Part shown: one piece after another, positions 37,930 through 49,841 of the stretch
Position numbering within the stretch: the first letter of the stretch is position 1
How the letters are laid out: each line of letters starts with the position of its first letter
NCBI GenBank assembly: GCA_030704615.1
Contig: CM060733.1
Span: forward strand, 72,354,001 to 72,418,000
Length of the DNA: 64,000 bases
Direction of reading: 5' to 3'
Source of the DNA: Takakia lepidozioides
Lineage: Eukaryota > Plantae > Bryophyta
Position numbers and translations under genes: made by a program
Notes under the pieces: model-generated
Seen by the model: only the letters and a program-made list of their open reading frames with translations
Database searches by the model: none
Told to the model about the DNA's origin: nothing

Positions 37930-38868
37930 TATCGAGCGGCTCTTACTCACCCATCCCTTCGCTATCCGAGGTGGGAACTCCAAGATAGGAGAGTTGGATA
38001 TCTCTAAGCACTCAGCCCGCTCAGAACAATCAGTCATGACCTACAACTAGTATATCATGGAAGTGCTTCTTGTTTGTATTCTTTCTTGCCTTCATGTCAG
38101 CGAATTACCTTACTGTTTATATTTAAGCATCAAATTGCTTCAGCAATCTACCATGTTCCAATCACTCATCCCTTCATTCCACAACTTCACTCAGGTCTCT
38201 CTACACAGTGTGAGTATGGAATATGTATCAGATTATGATCTATCAAATGTCAGGCCGAAGCCATGGTGTCCCTAGTCTGCTCTACAGTATAACTCTACGG
38301 CTTGCATGATTCAAGCATCAACAGTTCGCGACTCCTCCTTCACTGCGCTCTCCATTCCTCAGCTCCAGATCGTCCCTCCCTTCCCGATGGCCAAGTCGTG
38401 ATCGTAGTGTCCTCCCTCCATTGCTACTCTGTCTTTTCTACCTGCAAGCTGTTCTAACTGCCTAACTAACTAACTGTCATCCAGATAGAATACACGTTCC
38501 CGCTGCCGATGTCGTTCCCACACAGTCGTTCCCTGCCATGGTAATCGTTCCCTGTGAATGCTGTGACGGGTTGTGCCCAACTGTGTCGGCTGTGACTGGC
38601 TGTGTCGGACTGTGCCGGGCTGTGACTGGTTGTGTTGAGCTGTGTCCGGCTGTGTCCGGCTGTGATAGACTGTGATAGGCTGTGTAAGGCTGTGTCAGAC
38701 TGCGACTAGCTGTGTCTAACTGTATAAGTCTATGACTGACTGTGTAAGCCTGTCTACTACCCCTAAGGCCTGTGTTGGTTTAAGTCTACTATCCATAAGT
38801 CTCTGCAAAAAGTAAGGGTATCCCACAGAACCCGTAAAACTGTCTAAGTCCCAGACAACCCTCTAGCA
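37930..38868 (-). repeat. 3' LTR of a second member of the same LTR family (minus strand)
   Basis: Reverse-complement homolog of 8151-9215. PPT complement (ttacccctccccctctc) at 38869-38885. Confidence 0.9.
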
Positions 38869-40136
38869 TTACCCCTCCCCCTCTCAAAAAGTCGTGTCCT
38901 CACGGTTTACTGTTTAGGATCAGCAAACCTTTGTGAACGAGCACCCTTCTGTCGGTGAGAGTCCCGTGGAGGGCTCTGTGTGCGAGCCCAAGCCTTGTCA
39001 CTGGCTGGTGGAGATGACTAGTCATCAAATGGAAATGTCTGTCCTTCCTTTGGTTGATAAGGAGGTAACTTCTCTGGCATAGGAGATCCCCGTCGTTTCT
39101 TTTCTGCCATCTGTAGTGCATGGTCCTCCGCCATGTCAAAAGGTTTCTCCATAGAACCAGTTGTATCCAAATCATCGTCCCCCCTGTTGCCTTTCGGTGC
39201 TCTGATCTTATGGGGCTTCTCCGGAATCCTGCGTGGCACACAGTGTTTGCCCACCATGTCTGGAAGCTTAAAGTTTAGAACTTGCATCAATCTCTTGCGA
39301 GCAAAATTAGTATACTCCCGAAGCTCCTTGTCCGTATAGGTGACAGGTGTGCCAATGACAGTAGAACAGTGTAAGTATTTCCAGGCTTCATGTCCTTTAT
39401 AAAAAATATCGTCAAAGCCAAATTTTTCCTTGGCCAAACTGTCCAAAGCAAAATGGAACCAAGAACGAAGCTGGGGATCCTTCTGCAGCATGACCTTCAC
39501 ATCATACAGATACGTATGGGGTGGAACTGAAGGTAAGATCCAATGATCCCCAGTGGAATAACTCTGAAATCTGGACTGCATCTTCTGCTGCTCAATGTGA
39601 TAACGTGCAATGAAACAAACAACATAGTATAATCCACAGCCCATGAACAACCTCAGCTCTTGGGTTTACTTCTTCATACTCTTCATCTTCCAAATTCTTC
39701 TATCTGTTTTCATCTTCCAAGTTCTTCTCTTGGTTTTCCTCCTCCTCACTCATATAACTCAACTGGAGTGGTGTCGGAGAGTCTGAACTCTCCGTTGGCT
39801 CTGCCACATCCTCCTCTCCTTCTTTGTCTTATGCTTCAGAAACTGGAGTTCCTGCTTTTGGTGTCCCATGCCAACTCTGATCAAAGATTTATGTCAAATC
39901 TTTAATCCAGGGATGTACCTCAGATCTCTCCCCTCGTGGCTGATCTTCTTCTTCTATCAAATCCCTTAATCTTTCTTGTAAAGAATAAGAAGATGTGGCA
40001 TCCAACTCTGGTTCCTCTGGTATGGGTGATGTACTCTCTGGTGTTAATGGTGTGAGAGGTCCAGATGATTCCCCTATGTCTATTCCTCTTTCCCAAAGAT
40101 ATGGATAATTAGCTTTCAAATAACTTTCTCTTTTTG
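38869..40136 (-). mobile_element. Internally deleted LTR-element body: gag N-terminal piece (39648-40136) fused to the C-terminus of the 3' accessory ORF (39018-39647)
   Basis: KRESYLKANYPYLWERGIDIGESSG... and MGCGLYY...PPHTYLY...KLPDMVGKHC match element 1 at ~9865-10345 and ~19695-20460. Confidence 0.85.
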
Positions 40137-40168
40137 CATCGTTCTTAAAATAAACATGTCTGTTGCAA

Positions 40169-40507
40169 GTGAGCATTGGTCCCACCTTCGTGTGCGGTGT
40201 GCAGAAAACATATGCGGCTGACATTGTCATTCTCGACATCCCGGATGGCCAGGCTGTGCCAGAAGTTCTTCCAAAGGGCAAGACGCCAGGCTGGAACAAA
40301 TTCGAGGACAACTACTGGAGTTGGGTGTTCGGGTTCTGTAATAATTTCCTCCATGATGCAGGGACACTTCTGCTTTTTCAGTCATGTGACAAAGATAGTC
40401 GTCGGGCATTGGCATCATACCTGAAGTCTTCAGGGTTTGAAGTTTTGCGCACATGGAATTGTGTGAACAGCCTCTACCTTGTGAAAGGGGGTTTCCCTGG
40501 TCAGCTG
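40169..40507 (+). pseudogene. N6/N4 DNA-methyltransferase-like exon, copy A (catalytic-half motifs only)
   Basis: AADIVILDIPDG...WNKFEDNYWSWVFGFCNNFLHDAGTLLLFQ...GFEVLRTWNCVN, a close paralog of 47649-47987. The acceptor reads CAA instead of CAG and the downstream exons are deleted. Confidence 0.7.
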
Positions 40508-40549
40508 GTATGCCGTCTCCCTTGTGCTTATGCTTTGCCAAGCAGATTT

Positions 40550-41570
40550 GGGGATCCAAGCAAGATAGCACGGGCGGTGAGCATGTATGCCCAGGGAACG
40601 CCACTTGTGTCTAGAGTTCCACATCTGGAAGGGGAGGAGAGATTCAGCTCCTGTAAGAGGAAATTGAACACCCCACCTGATTCGGATTCCGATTTGCATA
40701 GGGCAGACCGTGATAACTTCTCGAAGCCTCGTGTTCCCCTGCATGACAGATCCATGTCCGGAACCTCCATTCTGGAGGAACCTTCGTTACGACGACAGGC
40801 TCCAGCATCAAACACTACCATTGAAATGGTGCAAGAGATAGATCCAGAGGTGGTGCCCGGACTCCTACTCCGACTTTCACTGGTTTGATGCGTCCATACA
40901 ACCAACCAGAAGCCAAGAACCACAAGTTCTGGTTCTGCGCAGATGATTGCGGTAGATGTGTGCATGGAACTGTGCGACCTTCCGTGGTGATGAAGCCAGC
41001 TCCTCCAACCGTTTGGCCCATCAAGGTGGGAACACATCTCACAAGTCAAGAGATTGCAATGCTGGAGGAGGCAGGCTTTTCCTTTGCAAGACAACCCCCT
41101 CTGCATGCATCTGCTTCCAGTTCCGCGTCTTGTCGGGTCCCTCCGGTAAATCCTCACTTGTGGCCAACCAAACGAGATGAAAAGCTGGTTTGGCGTTTCC
41201 CTCCAACCGCAACTTCGGCAAGGTGGAGTCTGCAAGAATGCTCTAAGCTTGTGTTGCAAGCACCACGGAAGTGCCCGATCCAGGGTATGATTGAGTGTAC
41301 GTCACAATGACCACTTCGACATCTGCTGTTCATGACAGGGCGTACGACATCACAGTTTCCAATTTCCCCAATTGCACCTGTCTTGATTTTGTGAATATGC
41401 TATCAACTAGTTTGGGCAAGAGAGGTAAATTCATACCCTACAAACATTTGTATTTCATATTTTTGAAGAGGATGGTTTGCGATCCCAAGCGTGACAACTT
41501 CGTTCACCAGGCCACTCTGAGTTTCAACGAGTTCGATACTCTATTGCAGCGGGATACAACACATAGGTAG
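40550..41570 (+). pseudogene. C-terminal part of a SWIM zinc-finger transposon protein (MULE-type), copy A
   Basis: PHLEGEERFSSCKRK..., FWFCADDCGRCV...WPIKVGTHLT.QEI.MLEEAGF, YDITVSNFPNCTCLDF...IPYKHLYFIF (SWIM CxC...CxH with C->Y); stops and frameshifts. Confidence 0.7.
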
Positions 41571-43646
41571 CATCAACTATCACTTCGTGTATCTGGAATG
41601 TGGTGATCAATTCCTCCCACTCGTCGTCTTCGTACTCCTCCTGGTACACCCAACGGGCTTCCACCATGGTCAATTTTTTTACCATATCGCAACACCAAGT
41701 GGAGCGCCTCCACCACAGGTATCGGCAAGAGAAATGGTAAAAATGAGCTCCTGAAAATAAACGGGATTCAGAGTGTGGAAGCAACGATCTAGGAGCGACG
41801 CAGCAAATCGACAGGGAAAATAGAATGGACTACAGGCGCGTGCAACAGTGCTGCAAGAAGAAAGACAGTATGTACAGTGAAATCCTAAAGCAAAAACAAG
41901 GAAGGATTTGAACCTCCCTGCCACCCCGGCAATGCCATACAGATTACCAGAGAATCTGAAGAGAAGACCAATAACATCAATGACAGTAGGAAAGGATAAC
42001 AATAAAATCTCTGAATGCGCACATTCGGGAGGCTGCTTCGTTTAACCCCGACAAAGGTGTGCAGCAGAAACATGGGGGACAGGAGAGCAACTATTTACGG
42101 TGTGACACCAACCTGTGAAATCCTTTGCATGGAAAGAACGTCTCACTTGTTTCTGCACATTCTCCTCCACAAACTGAGGGCGGGGTCAATATGAAGAATA
42201 CAGAAGCGTTCAAGCGACAGTAATAGTGCCACAAAACGAGTGGATATCAATAGTGAAGAGTGAAGCAAAACGTCTCGCATGCGAAGCGTCCCCGTCCGCA
42301 TGAGTGCACGCACCTGTCAACCCCATGGGAAAGTCCCAGGGACAACTGAATGTCTATGCTATGATTGCGCTCTAGGACGGTGCGTCTATGACGAGGCATT
42401 CATGGGGCATGCATGATGCATGTATACAGTATTGTAATACAGGTCGGGGATGTATGACAGTGGTGAGAATGTATGACAGTGTTATGGCGAGGGATGGACC
42501 CGGCGCATGGGTGGGGGGTGGAGGGTTGGGGGGCGGCAGGCGCGGCGGCACCGCGAGGGGGGTGCGGGGCAGAGGGCGGGGGTGGGGCCACGCAGGCAGA
42601 CCCACTGAGGGAGCATTGAACTCCCGGGCCTCATTTATCACTTGCTTTATCATGATCTTAATTGGTATTGGAGAGGATGATGAAAACACTCTAATAAGTG
42701 GCACTATGACTTGAGGACCACGTACTTTGCTATACGTTGTGAGGATGCAAGTTTGTCATTGCCTATGTTGTCATCAAGAAGGGGAAACACTTTGGTATGA
42801 GTTGTCATCTTGGGCTAACTCAGCCAAGAGTGGATATTGTATTTACAAATAAGTTTCATTTTTGCATAGATCGGGTGAAGCAAAGACTAGAAGAATTGTG
42901 CATTATCAATCTCGAACATGTGGTCTTTGGGTACAATAGATGTTTAGGAAAATATCTTTCGAGATGTCATGGCATTTGATGAGCATAATGATCATTTGGA
43001 CTAATAACAGAGACAGTGAACACTTCCACCCAATCAGAATGATGGTTGAAACAATGACTCTCACATGCAAGTGGGCTCATGTTGGATGAGCAAGACATTG
43101 CAACTTACAAACATATCATTACCTAGATTTGTGAGTTAAATAATGACAACCTGATCAAGATTATACAATGCACCCAATAATATCGAGACAATCCCCTCTG
43201 GCAGAAATTCGGTGAGGTTTGACAAATAATGACGAAAAAGATAAATTACATCGCATCTTGTAGTACCGAATGACAACGCAGAAGATATTTGTAGGTATAG
43301 ATGAAATCTTAATATATCTTTTGCTTGAAGTTTTATGTTATTCGATACCTCAAGATGCGATGTACATTCTCTCTTTCGTCACTACTTCGCAAACCCTCAA
43401 TGAATATCCGCACAAGACGGAATGTCTCCATATTGCTGAGTGCATTGTGGAATCCTAGCCTCGTTGTCATAATATAAGACATTAATTTTAAGGTAATGAT
43501 AGTTTGCAAGTTGCAATGTCCTACGATTTAGGCAACTTAATTGTTCATAGCGAGCACTCTAGTTGTAAGCAATAACCTATAGAATTTATAGATTATGCTT
43601 ATTTTTTCCATAGCCTTGTGGCCATCAGTTATTGTGTCAATGCAAT

Positions 43647-44061
43647 TGTAACACCTTCCAATAAGGGGCCCAGGTTTGAAAGGGGGTGTGGGGATTAGAG
43701 AGTGGTCCAGGAATTATGAAGCAGGAGTTATAGTAAGCTACAGCAGTAGTTCAATTAATAACTGTCATGTAAGGGGGGAGGGGGGGGGAGGCAGGAAGGT
43801 AAGACCTATTAAATAGGGGATGGTTCATGGTTAGATTGGGGTAAGCAGGCGTGGTGGTTTCTAGGAGTGACGTGTGTCAGGGTAGCCTTCTAGAAGATCC
43901 CACCGCTTGAGGGGTCGGAGGCCTTCTAGAAGGGTCCCACTGCCCCCCTAGGGTATATAAAGAGAGCCGGGCTCTCTTCCCCGCATCTTACTATCTATTC
44001 TTACTACTTACTACCTACTAGTACCTAGGGGGCTCTGCACACGCAGGGCCCCAAAAAAAAA
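43647..44061 (+). mobile_element. Possible LTR-like fragment
   Basis: Begins TGTAACACC, has TATATAAA at ~43955 and ends in the hairpin ggggctctgc-acac-gcagggcccc plus an A-run. No TSD or partner was found. Confidence 0.3.
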
Positions 44062-45651
44062 TGCAAACCATGATATAATAAATTAATAGAAGTAGATGTA
44101 ATGATGAATAACCCCCCCACACAAACAATGAGGCTCAAGAAATGTTTCTCTCTTTGATCTGGGATAAGAACTAAGAAGGAATTCTCTACGTCTCAGCCAA
44201 TACATGTTATTGAGGCAATTCATTTTTGTTTTTGAAGTCTACTAAAGTAATTTGCTATCTAGAATACCAAGATAGGCAACCCATCAACAAGGCACAAGAA
44301 TAACAAGGACATTAGGGTTGGAAAGCCGGCAATCGATACAAAATAAACATGCAGTAAGGCCTCTATTCCCACCAGCCTATCTTGTGCAGAAGGTAGGTCT
44401 CTGTTGATGAACACTTCCTTCAAGTTATAAACTAGATTCTCCAACGTTGGATGCTTCATGTGGGTCCGTAGCTATCTAGACGACATCCAGACCCCAAAAC
44501 ATGATCAAAGCAAGAGAACATTACAATGTTGTCCAATATTGAGGTGACGATGACAGCCCATATCTGTTGCTTGCACAGATCAACCTCACTGTGCAAATGC
44601 CCTGCCATATAACATCAAGCATCATCTACTCTCCAACTTGTCATATAGAGAGACTTAAAAGTCACGGCGGTGAACTGATCCTCGCACCAACTCTAAACAT
44701 ACGATTGCTGCAGCTTCGAATTCACCTTTTCTCATGTGAAATTATAGGTCTATATGCTCCACTCCAAGCTAAAACATATTGCAAGATAGCACTTCCTAAC
44801 GTCCAAAAGAGAAACCCGACAGAAACTGATCAATATAGACAAGAAGAGAGCAAAATAGCTCACAACAACGCCATGAATATCTGCAACTCCATTTGACCCT
44901 TTCGCTGACTTTCTTCATGTCTAAACAAAGCCACTGGATGCTTATGTCTAACCATGCTAAGGTTGTGAATCCATCAACATCATGAATAGGGAAGATGAAA
45001 AGACAACAATAAAATACCAGAATCGTGCATAGCAAGCGTCATATATTCTAATAGGCTTGGAGATGAGAATTCTGCAGATTACTTGAGAATTAGTCTGGAG
45101 AAATATGTTGTTACAGATATGATATGTGGTATCCATACGTCTACGAATGACCACTACATGGTGTATGTGCAATCTGGAATCTGCAATCTGAAATCTGTTT
45201 TATATGGACTGTGAGTATGCAATATGGTATGTGGACGACCATGCTGTGTAATGTGCAATTTGCAACATTGTCATTGAAATTCAATTCATTTGCAACATCG
45301 TCGGCGGTGCAATGATATGACATCCCTTATCCCTCCATTATGCTTCCAACTATACTCAGTGAGCTCTCAGTGGCAACTTTTAAAAACACATGCATCATTG
45401 CACCTTTCGATGTCTACATGTGCTCGTGTCGCTATGTTCTGCAATCATCTTTTGAATGTGATCCCAACTCTCATTGTTATTTGGGGAGGGAGCAGGGTCT
45501 TCCCGTGGCAGCCTCTATGGCACTCACGTTGTGAGCTTATTTTTTCTTCCTTGTAATTGTAATAGTGAAACAAACAATTGTAATTGGGATGTATTCATTA
45601 CATTGAACAAAGTAGAGTCATTGGCAAAGAATTGAACTCCTTCAGAACACC

Positions 45652-46060
45652 TCACATTTCAGTAATCCTATGTCGCTGCAGAAGTGTATGAACGTCAGTG
45701 GGACCCATTGTACATTGGTGAATGCACGTGTCTCGGTGAGGATCACAAAACATCATGTGAATGTAGATGTAGTATAGGTGTTTGCACGGGACAAATTTGG
45801 GTCTTTTTCCAATAGAGCTTGATAACTTGTTCTGGAAGTCCGGGCATGTGCAATTTGGAAAATTCCCAATAGTTACCTCATAAGTCTTGTCGTGAACAAC
45901 AGAACCCGATGTCACCATACTGTACACTCGCCCATAGCCTGGAGGGGGGACATTGACAACTTGGGTCACCCGACACTGCAGGGATGCCTCGGCGTGAGAG
46001 CAGCCGCGCTCACGCCACGTCACCTTGAACGAATGCCACATCACCGGGCTCACTCCACGT
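45652..46060 (-). CDS. SWIM zinc-finger domain, transposon protein C-terminus, copy B
   Basis: YEVTIGNFPNCTCPDF...KFVPCKHLYYIY...IHQCT; intact CxC...CxH. Confidence 0.75.
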
Positions 46061-46522
46061 CATCGAGCTTAAAAGCCACGTCAACGCACCAATTAAGAAG
46101 CAGACTGTATTTCCGCGGAAGAGCACCCTCAACCGCGGAAACAAGTTTGACGAAATAATAAAAGGACGTGGTCATCCCCACCTGAAAGCAACAATTGAAT
46201 GCAGGATGGATGAATGTAGAGTGGATGAGAAATATATGGATATGTGGGAACAATGCAAGCGAATGGATGAATGTGGGATGGATGTTGAATGGTGGAAAAC
46301 ATTCTTGAATGGAGGATGCATGAATACACAATAGATGAATGCACAATGGATATGACATGAGTGTGAGGGGTTGAGGGGATGGATTCATGAAGATTGACAT
46401 TTGAATCCGAGTAGATTGTTTGAATCACCTTTTTTTTTTTTTCTGCCGGAACAAATGCAATGAGGCAAGGGAATTCAATGAGTTCCGAATAGGATATAAA
46501 TTGAACAAAATAAATGCGAAGT

Positions 46523-48445
46523 TCAGTCTGATCCAGAGTCAGTACAATGTATCCCCACGTCCACTGCATCCAAGTCCAAGAATTTCAGAACTCCGGATCT
46601 ACGATGGCTACTCCTGCGATCGGGCAATAAGAAGTCAGGGGATAGAGCCTCGGCCATTTCAAGTGCCATTACTTCGGCATAGACAGGAAGCACAAAAGTG
46701 GAAAGGGGACTGTCGAAAATAGTCTCAGCACAAATGGGGGTTTCTCCTGAAGATCCATCGCTGTCGTTCCTGCAAGTCAAAGCATGATAAAAGTTATTAC
46801 TGCAATTTTGATGTATGCAAAATTGAACTAGCACCCAAACTGGAATGACATTTCCATGGCCGACTTACTCACATGAGAAGTCGTTATTGATCTGCTTATC
46901 CTCGGTATCCTCATCATTTCTGATTTGAATTTGTTCGGTCTGTGTGCCAGACGTAGAGCCAGACACAAGAGGGAGGAGGAGACTCTTGAATAGTTTGGTG
47001 TCGCCCTCCATGCCAAAAAGGCTTCTCCCACCAACCTTGCAAGCACGGTAAGTTGCACCTGCCAAGACAGAAAGCCTCAAGAAGGTTGTAGAGGATGCAA
47101 AATCGGATGCAAACTGGAAGACCTTCAGAATGGAAACAGTATTGAACCAACGAACCTGTGGATAGTGTGAGGTCGACCACCCTTGCAGAATGGTGGCTGC
47201 ATGACTCCAAGAGCGTCTGCATGAATGTTGGGGTTCTCTCCCTTGCACCTCTCCACGGAAACCCGTCTGGTCTTTTGGCTGTCTGACTGGAGTGCATGAA
47301 ATTGTACAACATGTCATCCACATGCGGTTCATATGGGGGGTTGACAAAACACCCCTGGTCGGAAATTTCAAAGCTGCGAACGGATGAAGGTGTTTTGGAA
47401 GTGCGAATCCGCCTCAGGCAGATTGCCTCAAACATCCTTGTCTGGCAAAGATGCAAGGTAGGAGTGAGACATAGAAATTCGAAAGAAATTCTGGCGCAGG
47501 AAAGAACAGAACATGGACTGCAAATGTAAACTACAATGGAATGTTTTTGTGATGATCGGTGCCGATCATCACATATGGTGGTAGAGCAAGCCAGCAGAAA
47601 CAACTGAAAAGACATTGGGAAACAGTTCAGAGTAGGGCGGTGCCATACCAGCTGTCCAGGGCAACCACCTTTCAAAAGGTATAGGATGTTCACACAATTC
47701 CATGTCCTCATAATTTCGAACCCAGACGACTTCAGGTATGATGCCAGACCCTTACGACTATCCTTATCACATGATTGGAAGAGCAAAAGCGTTCCTGCAT
47801 CTATAAGGAAATTATTGCAGAAGCCGAATACCCAACTCCAGTAGTTCTCATCGAATCTGTTCCAGGATGGAGTCTTTCCCTTTGGAGGAACGTCGGGGAC
47901 AGGCAGGCCGTCTGGGATGTCAAAGATGACCATGTCAGCGGCAAAGGGTTTTTGAACACCGCATACAAATGAGGGACCATTGCTCACCTGCAGCATACCG
48001 GTATAATTTCAAGTCAAACAGAAATGAGGGTCCCAACAGAAACCATCATCTACATTGGCATACACAAAATTCGAAAGTCCCATGTGAAGAGAAAGATTCT
48101 TACCAGATTAAGAAATGAAATCATGTTATCCCAAGTTGGTGATGGCACCCCCGAGTAACTCTTTCTCTGAGTCTCCATCATCGCCAACCATCCCTCATTC
48201 ACAATCTTGATCTGCCCTGCCAAGTCCGCACGAGAAGGGTGTGGCTTGGCATCGAATGGACATTGAACAACGAGGGTGTACCTCCCAGCGGTCTCATCTT
48301 TCTCCTTGTCCTCACCTTTCTCCTTTTCCGTCTCTTTCTCCTTCGCCTTCTCCTTCCCCTTAGCCTTCTCCTTCTCTTTGTCCTTAGGCTTCCCAGGTGA
48401 CTTGGCTACTACCTCCGGAGCCTTTGGAACTTTCCCCTTTCTGTT
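46523..48445 (-). CDS. Beta-class amino (N4-cytosine/N6-adenine) DNA-methyltransferase-fold protein; 5 exons, 5'-truncated, copy B
   Basis: Exons ~48445-48104, 47987-47649, 47441-47156, 47058-46869 and 46769-46523; all introns GT-AG and phase-compatible; spliced frame open. Motif order: DMVIFDIPDG (IV-like), FLIDAGTLLLF (VI-like), GF..RTW (VII/VIII-like), variable region, ERTPTFMQTLLESCS (X-like), VVDLTLSTGAT..AC...GRSLFGMEGD (I/II-like). Confidence 0.75.
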
Positions 48446-49841
48446 GGTGCTGGTCCTTGAGGACTTGTTGTTTTAGTGGTGGAACTCCCACCAAGTGTTG
48501 GCCCCTGAGCACTCCCTGCTACTGGCCCCTCTATACTTACAGTATCCCCAGCTCCAGTTGCACTACTTCCCACACTCCCTGTCCCTCCAGAGCTAGATCC
48601 AAGCTGCCTGCCTGATCCCCCTGAGCCGACACCTTTGTTGGCGTGTGATTCAAGTGCTCCACTTGATCCAGGTCCAATAGGTTGGGATGTCCTGGTTGTA
48701 GTCTCAACCTCAACTGTTGGGTCTACTTCTTCATACTCTTCATCTTCCAAATTCTTCTCTCTGTTTTCATCTTCCAAGTTCTTCTCTTGGATTTCCTCTT
48801 CCTCACTCATATAACTCAATTGAAGTGGTGTTGGAGAGTCTGAACTCTCCGTTGGCTCTGCCACATCTTCCTCTTCTTCTTTGTCTTGTGATTCAAAAAC
48901 TGGAGTTCCTGCTTTTGGTGTCCCATACCAACTCTGATCAAAGATTTCTGTCAAATCTTTAATCCAGGGATGTACCTCAGATCTTTCCCCTTGTAGCTGA
49001 TCTTCTTCCTGTATCAAATCCCTTAATCTTTCTTGTAAAGAATAAGAAGGAGTGGCATCCAACTCTGGTTCCTCTGGTATGGGTGATGTACTCTCTGGTC
49101 TTAATGGTGTGAGAGGTCCAGATGATTCCCCTATGTCTATTTCTCTCTCCCAAAGATATGGATAATTAGCTTTCAGATAACGTTCTCTTTTTGATGAATA
49201 TCTGTGGAGTCTAGCTTCTCTTTCATCACTCATGTCCCATGTCTTTCATATCTTTAATGAGGCAATAACCAAAACTCTCTTTTGTAGTATCTCTCGTATA
49301 TGCCTGGATTTCTTTCAAGCTTTAATGCACCCTTGGCTATACTAGAAGTCTCCGTTATCATATAACCATATGGCAAGCACGTCTGAAAAGCTGTTCTTGG
49401 TGTAAGTTTGATCCATAGGATATCCTTAGGAATCCAATTCTTTACCAATACAAGTTCTTCATGCATGTGAGTGTAAACATTCACTTTCCGTTCCTCCCAA
49501 CTTTCAAACTCCACTCATTTAATGGATAGTAATGCTATCACATAAACCAGTGTTGGTAACCAACTTGCTCTCCCTCTATAGGCCACTTGATAAATCTTTA
49601 TCACTCCTTTCTCCAGACCCCACTTAGGATCAGCATCATGCACTCGCTTAAGAATGTTTTCTTTGCAACCGTCTGGCAATTCCAAGAACCTCTGAAAGAA
49701 TTGTTTGGACAATCTTTCTTTCTCAGTTCCACAGGGAATTTGATTCACATCAAATTCTTTGATTCTCCAACCACCATGATCCCACCAGATGCCCGTCACA
49801 TCTGGTTGTTCTTGACCCAGTTCCCCAGTATGGTCGCCAAA
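48441..49841 (-). mobile_element. 5' internal region of the LTR family: PBS, upstream accessory ORF (one premature stop) and gag N-terminus
   Basis: ORFs 49515-49949, 49254-49514 and 48409-49233 match 9108-10610. Homology ends at ~48441, where methyltransferase exon 1 begins. Confidence 0.9.

Noticed and set aside
46523-48445. Bacterial contamination or an R-M operon as the source of the methyltransferase
   Set aside because: The gene has four phase-compatible spliceosomal introns, is embedded among plant TEs, and no restriction endonuclease gene is adjacent.
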